Assembly (NCBI RefSeq): GCF_006345805.1
Contig: NC_042998.1
Location: forward strand, 125,612,001 to 125,676,000
Direction: 5' to 3'
DNA length: 64,000 nucleotides
Origin: Octopus sinensis
Taxonomy: Eukaryota
Below the pieces are notes generated by a model. That model ran no database searches. It was given only the letters and a program-made list of their open reading frames with translations, and was not told where the DNA came from. This document shows, in pieces, positions 53,901 to 64,000 of this stretch. A program made the position numbers and the translations under genes. Each line of letters starts with the position of its first letter. The first letter of the stretch is position 1.

Positions 53901-54080
53901 AGCAATTTAAGTTGACAGCAGTATAGTAGATAAAGCAATTAAAAACAAGATAGGAAAAGCTGCAGGTCCATCAGTGATGGTTGCAAAGATGCTCAAAATA
54001 TCTGGTGGGGTAGGATACATGATTACCACCTGACTAGTTAATCAAGTTACACAGGAAGGTGTCATACCCAATGATTGACA
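53640..54080 (+). mobile_element. RTE LINE fragment (pre-RT region) with an (AG)n insertion
   Basis: Homologous to 290-660 (aaagtggcatggaagtgctattatgggaggctgctgaatgtg; gataaagcaattaaaaa). Confidence 0.75.
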
Positions 54081-54469
54081 TTTACCTAATTCATCATTAT
54101 TATCATCATAGTTTTAACATCCATTTTTCCATACTTGCATGAGTCAGATGGATTTCAATGAGGCAGATTTTCTACAGCTGAATGGCTTTCGCATTGCCAG
54201 CTGTTTCCAAGCATGGTAGTACTTCACCATAGCTGGAGATGTTTTTACAGAAGATAGGAAACAAAAAGGCACTGCTTGCATGACCATGACACACAACTAT
54301 CACACAAACACACATGCATATGATGGGCTTCTTTTAGCTTCTCTATACCAAATCCACTCACAAGGCTCAGTCTGAAGCTGTTGTAAAGGACACTAGCCCA
54401 AGGTGCCACAATGACACTGCACCCAAAAACATATAGGAAGCAAGGACAACAGATGTTAAATGATGATGA

Positions 54470-55100
54470 TGATGATTCTATTGGAATTAAATCTGAGACT
54501 TATGCTGCCCATTGCAGTACTCATTTTTGTTTTTACTTTTGATTAATTCCTTGATTATTCAATCACTATGTTTTAGGTCATTTTCTTGTTGAAAAATCTA
54601 TAACATGCCCAGATGACTCTTGGCATATGGAAGTCTTTTTCTTTTTTTTAAAGGTATCCAGGGAAGCTGTGTTGTTGATGGTGCCCTTTTTCAAACATGC
54701 AACACCATGCCATGACATTGCTACCACCATGCTTAACTGTTAGTACAATGTGCTCTTGGTGAAATTTTCCTACACGGTGTTGGATGTACACTCAGCCATC
54801 AAAGCTTAACAAATTATATTTCAACATATTCATCACAAGATTTGTAACCAAAACTTCTTAAGTTGATTTTTGATGGTAGTGACATGAATTTGCATGTGGT
54901 ATTTCTTTCAAATGTTATTCAAAATGTCAGTAGTGGTCATTTTCTTGTTCTCTTTCACAGTTAGTAAATATATTGTTCCATCCTTTCAGTTGTTTTTTAA
55001 AGCTGTTTTGCTCAAGACATCTGAATAGCATCCGACTTCAGTTCTGGCTTGTAAAGACCATATCAGACTATGCAATTGGTCAACTCTAAATTGCACCCCT
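54470..55100 (-). mobile_element. Degenerate Tc1 transposase
   Basis: Minus strand reads IVLTVKHGGSNVMAWCC, FQQENDLKH and LQWAA*VSDLIPIE (cf. TVKHGGG, FQQDNDPKH, WPSQSPDLNPIE). Confidence 0.85.
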
Positions 55101-56688
55101 TATGGTAAGCTTTTTAGCTTAACCATCACAGTAAATCTTAGGATGATATAATCAAATAGTTATTAATAGTTTGTCTTAGTATATAATATTGAACATTAAA
55201 ATGAAGATACTTGGTATTAATAGAGATACTGAATGTACCTCTATTAATATCTGAAATACCTGTGCAGTTTGGGAATTAACATTCAAGATGTTGAATCCAC
55301 TAATGACATCAATGGCAATTGTATAATGAGATTTACATAGTCATATTTGGTTGAAATGAAGACCATATACTGCAACCCCAATGTATACTAGGGTATAATC
55401 TCTCTTTCTGTCTGACATTTACATAACATTTCTTACACAAACAGAACATTTCTTGCTAAGTCATATACATTAAAGATAAAATACTTTTCTTTAAGCAAAC
55501 TGATCTTCAAAGATATTTGTCTTTTGAACATTCAATCTTTTTAGTCTTCCCTTGAGTTATAATGTATCTAAGATTACATTATCAACCTATGTGTTTTGCA
55601 TTTTTTAAAGACATAGGATGCAATTTAAGGAATATTTGACTGCTACATCTCTCAGGCCAAGTAATAACATTTAAGGTTCTCTTGCTGGCTTTTGTTAAGG
55701 TAAAATTGATTTTGATGCTATCTGGGCTGAAATCATTGAGCATTTGAATAACCACCTACAATTCTTTTGTCTATTGTTCCTGCTGTACATAAAAAAAACA
55801 TCATTGAGATAAAATTGTCATGATTATATCTGACTTCTCAATTCTTCCCAATCTTGTGCTAATTAAATGTTACTGCTGAGATCTTCCAGAATTTCTTTGG
55901 ATGTTCCCCTGGAAAGCTGACCACTCTCTTTTTTAGTCACAAAAACCTAGCAAAGAATTCTGGTCTATACATTTAATTAAAGACATTTATTCCATGTAAG
56001 GAACCTTAAGAACAAGTTATCAGTGTTTTCATTCTTTACCATAATCCTTAAGGCCAGTATTGATCCTAAGGACCAATATTTACTTGACCTTTCATGATAT
56101 GGCTTTTATGACAATCATAATTAAAGGGGTTTAAAACTGATCATTAATGCACAAATTCTAACAGGAGCTTCAGAGCTGGATTTGTTATTTGTATTAAGAT
56201 GCATCTATATTCAATATCTATCGCATCTTAATATGCACTCTTTTACTTACACCCAATTTTTTTTTTACTTACATACAAGAGAAACTCTCAATGCACTGGA
56301 GCAAATACCTCCACATGGTCACCAGAAGTTAAGAATAAACTCTCTTTTGTAGTAAATCCTATTTTCCAGTAAATCATCAAATCTAGAGTGTTGCAGTTTT
56401 AACCATCTTTATTGTCCTAGATATTTACTGTCAATATCATTCACCAAATGACACTATACTAATTGGTAGATTTTTCACACTACTGCTGGATATAATGACT
56501 ACTATAATGACACACATACACACAGTGGAGAGACAGAAATAGTGAGAGTATAGGGAAACTTATTTCTAGTATTTTTCATCAGCCTGAAATAATCTATTTT
56601 ATTGTAGGTTTGTAGAAGAACATGAACATGCAATGGAATTTGGACAGTTGTTGATTCAGTATTGAGTCTGTGAAGTTAAGGTGCTAGA

Positions 56689-56874
56689 CAGTGGTTCCCA
56701 ACTTGGGGTCCACAAAGGTAGTACTGGGGGGGTTTGTGAACTAAATTTGAAATTTCATATATATATATATATACATATATATACATATATATATACACAC
56801 ACACACATAAGGATAAGCATATCAAAAGGGGTCCATGGGAAAACTTGTTTAAATAAAAGGGTTGGGAATCACTG
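56689..56874. mobile_element. hAT-type MITE with internal microsatellite
   Basis: TIRs cagtggttcccaac / gttgggaatcactg. Confidence 0.75.
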
Positions 56875-58630
56875 TACTAGCCCATAGTGAAACTTTGCAC
56901 TAACCATTGTAATGTGCTCCTTTTCATAGGAATTTAATTAAAGCTATTTGCCAGGTTTAAAAGAAGGCCTGCTTCCTAATGGTTACTGATCTGAAACAGT
57001 AACAAAGTCGACTTTTTCCAGCAATTTAAATGTAAATATCCAAAGTTAAAAACATCAAAGCATTCACACTAGCAGAGATAAAATTGAATACGATGATGAA
57101 ACTTATCTGAAAGCCATTAAGTTTCATTTATTGTTTCTAACTTTAATACATTTATTTTAGACAGAATACTGATAAAAATACGATCACAGGCATTTGTGAT
57201 ACAAAGCAATGCTATTCTGTATGTCTTTGTTAACTATAACTGAAATGAAACAGGTGCAACACATATTGTTCTATAGAGAGGCGGCTATATTCTCAGATAT
57301 TGGGGAACCAAAACCACAAGCCAGTTTTAAACTCCCAGTTGCATTTCTTAAGAGGTTGCTAATACACAAAATAATCTTAGAATTCATGATTTTGTGGAAA
57401 GGTCAGCAGGAAGACACTCTAGGGAAACTCAATAACAGTATAGATGTTTTATTAATTAGAAGTGAGTAATTGGGAAACAATCAAATAGTAAATATTTGGT
57501 CTCAACCATTCATATAAAATTTATATGCAAAACCAACTAATCTTATGCAATTAGAGAATAATGGATGCAAAACAGTGTGTACTAAAAATAATTAGTCTTT
57601 TAAGAAAATTCCTTATTATTATTGAGGGTGTGTGTGTGTATATATATATATGTAAGGGTGTAGGTATGGCTATGTGTTTGAGATGTCCAATTTGCAACCA
57701 TGTGGTTTCAGGTTCGATCTTTCTATGTAACACTTTTCATCATTGTTCTTGTGAATGGAATTTGAAAGAAATCTCTGTTGAACCCTGTTGGGAGGATCAT
57801 TACTGTTTTATAAGTGGCAGACAATCTGTTACCCAGTTTAAGAGCACCACCTAACCCTTGTGTGCTTTTAGCAGAGTCATCTCAGCAGTCATACCAATTT
57901 GACTGATTTGAGGATACTTTCCTCCCACTAGTCTTGAAAGCCCTGAGAATGATCATAGATGTTACTCATTCTTCTCTGATTGATCCATAAAAAAAAAATT
58001 AAATTAAATTAAAAAATTAAGATAAATTAAAACGCCAAGGTTCTAAAGTATAAACTAAATTATCTTTCAACATTAAAGTAACAATCTTTCAGCCATTGCC
58101 AGGTGATTGTCATAGTTCTCAATAAGCTCTACAACTATTATTACAAGTTTTATTAGACATTGTAATTTTCAACTAGACCTTACATCTCATATAAGCCAAT
58201 GAGAGTTCTCTGGCATATATGAAACAAAAAAGCTCACTGGGTGGTAAAAAAATTAATCCTTACATGGTTTAATATCATCACCACTGGCCTCTGGGTGCCT
58301 TTAGCAAAGTCTAGTCAGTTGCAAGCATTCAGCTCAGATTTCAGGTTTGAGGCTAACTTTCCTGCAGCAGTCTGAGAGCCCTTGAACAAAAGTCATAGGC
58401 ACTGTACTTCTTCCTCTAAGCCATACACATGCCTACTATTTTTTTTTTTTCCTGTTTTCATAAAAGTTAAAGATTATATGGTAAAATATATATATATATA
58501 TATATACATATTGTTATATTTCGGAATGGTCATTTTGCCAGTTTAGCCAATAAATATATATATAAACGTTTATGTATTTGTTTTTCAAGATTCTTGATGT
58601 GAAAAATGGAGGAGACACATGGGACAGAGG

Positions 58631-58673
58631 GTCACTGATGAGGTCACAAAATGTGTGATGAAAGAACTTTGAC
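58631..58673 (+). ncRNA. Candidate hammerhead motif with an extra nucleotide after A9
   Basis: GUCA-CUGAUGA-G-GUCACA AAAUG UGUGAU-GAAA-G AA C-UU-UGAC; short stems I and III. Confidence 0.35.
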
Positions 58674-59019
58674 AGACAAACTAAAAATAATACAAATAAA
58701 AACTAAAGTGAAGATCAAATAAATAGTGTGTTTAATCATGCAAAGAAAAAAAAATTACCATCACCAAGGATAACAATAGATATTTATACATATATAAAAC
58801 ATCACCATTGTTTTCATGTCCACTCTTCCATACTTGCATGCATCAGAGAAAACTTGCTGAGACAGATTTTCCATGGTGAGATATTCTTGCTGTCATCAAT
58901 TCTAACTTCTTTCCAAGCAAGGTTATATTTTTATTAGTCCTTTGAATAATGGAACAGCTCAATAGCTGGACATGCCTTTAGGACACTACTTATATGAATG
59001 GTGATTTTGTTTACAAACA

Positions 59020-59320
59020 GTCATGAATGACCATGGGATTGCACCTAGAAAGTTACCCTCTGAGGCACAAGTCTGGGCAAGGTTTTTTTTTTATGGAAAA
59101 CCATCAGTCACCATGCATACCAGCCTCCCCTCTCCATGCCACCGATGTTATCTAGGGGAAAAGCAAAGGCTGATACAGCTTGGCACCAGTGGAATCACAA
59201 CTCATTTCTACAGCTGAGTGAATTGGAGCAACATGAAATAAAGTACCTTGCTCAAGAACACAACACACAGCCTAGTCTGGGAATTGAATTCACTACACTC
59301 TAACCACTAAGCCATAGCAC
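59020..59320 (-). mobile_element. tRNA-derived SINE (3848 family)
   Basis: Aligns with 3880-4198. Confidence 0.8.
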
Positions 59321-60370
59321 ACAAATTTTAAGGGAAGGGGGAATCCACATACATACACACATATATGACTTGTTTCTTATAGATTACGTCTATTTGATAG
59401 ACTTACAAGAAATTGGTTTACCAGTAGAAGACACTTTACCAAGGTGCAGTGCAGTGGGCTTGAACCTGAAACCATATGGCTGCAAAATGAATTTCTGTAA
59501 CCACACAGCCATGCTTGTGCCTATATAATTTTTAATAAAATATGTAGGAGAATAAGATGATGATGATTTCACATACCAATCAGTACTTGAATAGCAAAGC
59601 TATCACTTATTGGGTGACAAAGTAGCAAAAGCAACTTATAGTGCCAGATTCTAAGAAGACAGAATGGCAAATGCTCTGAAGTGTAACTAGCAACATTGTC
59701 ATTTGACAAATGATATGTATCTTGAAATTCATCAGTGGATCTGTTGATCTTCACTTTCTCAAATTGCTATTTCTAATGTCTAATATCATTCATTTATTAC
59801 TACAACCATTCACTATCACTTCACATCTCTTCAGTAGTGTAGCTACACATACACAAACACGCATAATTAAGTGGTATTAATTGCATTCTTATCACAAATA
59901 AATTCTTCCTTTGATAGCATTTTGGATTCCATAAATTACTTCTCTAAAAACTGAAATAACTGAAACAATTTATGGTATCCTGAAATAATTAATTAAAAGA
60001 CTTTTCCAGGTGATGCTATTGAGTTAGTCATGGCCTGGGCTGATAATGGCCAAAAACCAATCTAAGTTATCTAGGATACAACCACAATCAAGAAGATTGC
60101 AGTTAACAACTATATATTTACAATCCTGACTATATTAATTTCAACATCACTATAAATATAACTTAGAAATGGATTGGCATGGGAATAAAATTTGACCATT
60201 TATACAAGAATTATACCCACAACCACCTATGAACTATATAAGCAAGAGAAAAAGATTATACTTTTTGTTGACAAGGGTTAAGAAGACAGAAACATTTTAA
60301 GTTGTCTCCTTTAATTGCTCAGCCAGAAAATAATGTTAGCTAACTTCTATTTTTCTCCTAATTGCCATAC

Positions 60371-60598
60371 TTAACCCTTTAGTATTTAGATTACTCTGTT
60401 AAATGTAATGTTTATTTATTCACATTCTTTTGAATTAGTCATGCATTATCTCATAGCTCTGAGATTTCAATGATGTGATTGCTGGCTTTCAGTATGACAT
60501 TGTAGGGTAGGTTCAAGAGACTGGATTTGGCCAGTTTGAGCTTTAAACAAGTAGAATATTTGGGCTGGATATGGTTGGTTTAAATGATAAAGGGTTAA
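60371..60598 (+). mobile_element. piggyBac-type MITE
   Basis: TTAA-CCCTTTTAGTATT ... AATGATAAAGGG-TTAA. Confidence 0.8.
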
Positions 60599-62879
60599 CC
60601 TTAACACTTCTACACATTATGCATCATCTTACATTCTGATCTATCATTCCCAAGCCATTTCTATCTCTCCACACTGATATTTCCCATCAGCCATACTTCC
60701 AACCATGGTCATCACTCACCGCATTCACCTTTAACCATCTGTTACTCTCCCCTCACAATTTCATGAAAGTATTCACTCTTTCCTTTCCTTCCCTGATTCA
60801 CTGTCTCAATCCTCTCTTATACTCACCTTCTTGTTACCTCAAGAGTTTCCTCTGGCACTCTATCACTAACATTTTTTATCTTCTTCTCATCAACTCCCAT
60901 GCAACCTTGTATAATGTGGGATAGCTATGTATCTCCTCAATAGCAATACACCTATGTTTGACCCCCAATCATACTTTATCCTTTCAACAGCTGGCATAAA
61001 ACAACCTCCTCCTCTCAAATACTTTCTCCTCCACTTAGTTGTGGGAGCTTTTTTTTTTTCTTTCTTTCTGCCTGTTCTTTTTCTGTCTTGCAAGTTACTT
61101 GGCAACCTCACTAATACTGATGGCAAGAAAAGGTACTCAGTACACAAGTGGTTTGCATTAAGAAGAGCATCCAGATGTAGGAACCATGCCAAAGCTGACA
61201 CTGGAGCTTGACATGGCCCTGTGACCCACCAAATCCTGTCAAACCAGCTAATCTATGTCAGCAGGGAAAACATATTAGATGACAATGTGGTTAATTCTCA
61301 TGTTGAAAACATTGAGAATTATCAAACCTTATTACATAAATATGCAATCAGTAACCCCTTATAATTAAATTATCAATTAATGCAAAACTGTTCCAGTTTC
61401 CAAAATTCTGAATTTTGTCAAAAGATCAGAAGCCTAGCATGATATGTGAGGATCATGAGGCTAGTTATTAATCCTAAGAAGCAAAGAACTAAAGGAAAGT
61501 GATGGATTTCACAATTGTATTTATACAGAAGAAAGGAACTTCAGTTTAAAGATACATCAGTCTTTAAAAAAAAAATTAATATGTATTGAGCATATTTATA
61601 TAACAGACAGGAAACATAGATTCCTTATTTATAAATAAATTACATCCGTGAAGCCAGTAGCCAAAAGGTTTTGGCATTATAAAATTTTATCAAGTGTTAT
61701 AAATATTAACTCCCATCATTCAATCTTTGTCAAAAATGAAAATCAGTGATTAGGAAAATATTTGAAATGTCTAACATGTTAAGCACAAGAACATCAAAGC
61801 AGTAAGTAAAATTTTCTATTTTTTCTTTTGATAATAGGATTTTGTCAGCATCAAATAACTTAAATCAATTTCACATCTATTCAGATATTGCATATATAAA
61901 AAAAATCCCACCCATTAGTTAATTTAAACTCTCAGATAATATTATTTGGCAGGTTTCAAATTGTCAGCATATTCTTTCATTTCTTTTATTGTTTTTTGTT
62001 TTTTTTGCAGTAACTTATTAACTTCTATTTATCTCACTATAATAATGGCTTAATGTTTAGACCATGAAGGCAGTAAAATGTCAAATTACATTAGCAAAAA
62101 TTATTTTATTTCCTCTGTTCAAACAGCTTCATATAATGTGGTGCTTATAATAACTTGACATACATCAGAGTTTAGAAATGTATAATACAGAATGTACAGT
62201 AAAAATGTACGATAATGGCTAGTAAATATTGGTCAAAAAGTAGAATTAGATTCCAGCTGGGTTCAAATATACCACAAGAATCTAGTTTTCACATAGTTTC
62301 TTTTTTCAACTGACTACTTTTACTCAAGTAGTTTGGTAATAATTTCCTTCATGAACCTACATTTCCTGACCAGCAAAACTGAGTGTCTAAATACTGGCAA
62401 TGTCATTTAATGAATCCCATTAAATATAATCATGCTTAAAAGAAGTATATTTGATATATATTAATAGCACTGTCATCTCACCAAAGACAAGTTTTTAGAT
62501 TAGCTTATGTCATATTCTTGGCAACAACCTAGTGATTCTCTCAAGATATTAGGTTTCCCATAGTTTAGAACCTAAAATTGAAAATAACAGGTTCAATTTA
62601 TCCTGAACACACATGCATCTTCCAAGGCTTTCTAATAATGACCAATCTGTTTTTTAAAAATATTTTGACCACGACAATTTTGCCTTTTAAAAGCATTCCA
62701 AAAGTGACTATTGCATTTTTTAAAAGCATTCCAGACATGACTATCTTTTCATTTTAAAAAAGCATTGACATGACACCCCCAAGTTCCAAACGTGACATAT
62801 CATATGTTTCAAGCCAAAATCTCCCTTATCACAATTCATCTTTTTCTACTAATACACATTGCATAATGTAGTCCAGGGT

Positions 62880-63624
62880 ACCCAGTTCGATGGAATGTCC
62901 TCGAATTTTTTTTATTTATTTCCCAAACATTATACTCAGACTAGATACTTTCTTAAAGGCAAATTTGTAGGATGTGACACGAAGAAGACGAGTTAAAAAA
63001 CAAAAACAAAAGACAAATTCCAATTTTTTTTTACTTCGGACCCTAAACTATCCTTTACCTTTTAACTTGCAAAACAGATGAACGCTTTGCGATCGAAGTG
63101 TTAATAAGACCAGGAATCTTCATTTGAAAACTATTAATTAATCTAGATATCTCAATTACCGTATAAGTTTCTCAATTGGCACAAACACACACACAGTAAT
63201 GTTATTCCAACGAATCATCAGAAACAGTAGCTTTTACACGTAAGGGAGTGTTTATAAATCTAATGTAAGCAATGACAAGCAGCGAAATTATATACATACA
63301 TACGTGTGAGTATGTATATATACATATATCAAGTAAAAGAGAATGAGGGAGAGGAGTAATTAAAATAAGATAAAATGTGTGGGTAATTATTTACATATAT
63401 GTATGCTGACCATTACGGCTAATAGGTTCTTTTCGTTTATTTATTTATTTTGATCCAGACACAGAACAAGCAGGAGGTGACCAAAAACAAAAGTTTGTAA
63501 TTAAGATATGAGCAAGCACATCAAGAATGAGAGGGCTGTCGTCGGTAGCTGTGTAAGCAAACATGTATGAGTAATAATACATGTGTGTGTGTGTGTGTGT
63601 ACACATACCCACACATACAGAGTA

Positions 63625-63662
<38 letters not shown>

Positions 63663-63960
63663 GGGGGAGCAGCAGCACCAGAAAAGTGAAAAAATATCTA
63701 GAAGTGCTGGCTTAAAGAGTTCAACAAAAATAGTGGGCTACATTTACAACTCGAAAGGAAATGTCACAAAACACCACTTGACAGACGTTGGAAGGTGTCT
63801 TCGCAAAGTAAACAGACTTATTTAGAAGGGAAGAAGACCAACCAAGAATGAGTATATGCGTGTATGTATGTGATGGAGAAGAGGTCAGCAGTCGATAGAA
63901 CCAAGTTGATTGCACATGAATCTATTAAATACAATACTGACTTTCAGATCTACACGCCTT
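62880..63960. promoter_or_regulatory. CpG-retaining, non-TE-like zone; possible promoter/first-exon region
   Basis: Frequent CG dinucleotides (e.g. ttcgatgg, cacgaagaagacg, gcgatcga, gtcgtcgg) against a CpG-depleted background; not quantified. Confidence 0.3.
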
Positions 63961-64000
63961 GGTTGTGTTGACAACTATATTTGAATAACTCAAAGTTGCT

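Noticed and set aside
57209-57469. 86-aa plus-strand ORF ending near a GTGAGT donor
   Set aside because: No recognisable homology and no partner exons could be linked
59569-59754. Minus-strand ORF ending at a GTATGT donor
   Set aside because: Poor acceptor and no recognisable domain

Overview
AT-rich, microsatellite-dense eukaryotic DNA whose SINE/LINE repertoire resembles an octopus (coleoid cephalopod) genome; the species assignment is an inference. I found no recognisable intact protein-coding gene. Most ORFs in the track are simple-repeat read-through or decayed transposon fragments: RTE LINEs, a Tx1/L1-like LINE, Tigger/pogo, mariner, Tc1, a TSD-bounded MULE nested in an RTE, a Helitron remnant, tRNA-derived SINEs, and hAT-, piggyBac- and Tc1-type MITEs. 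The standout is a young, CpG-rich, ORF-less ~360-bp tandem repeat at 45144-46067, inserted in a (TA)n tract. Each full unit carries, on the minus strand, a well-formed type I hammerhead ribozyme fold. It has a compensatory U3-A8 core (UUGAAAA), a palindromic stem III and Schistosoma-like tertiary elements, as expected for a retrozyme or Penelope pseudo-LTR that could release a 362-nt monomer/circRNA. Further hammerhead motifs, near-intact or decayed, lie at 51201-51246, in both arms of an inverted repeat at 21451-22288, at 58631-58673 and near 27.2 and 29.1 kb. Several long inverted repeats (potential dsRNA) and a CpG-retaining, promoter-like zone at the right end are also present. All folds were done by eye and none is experimentally confirmed.
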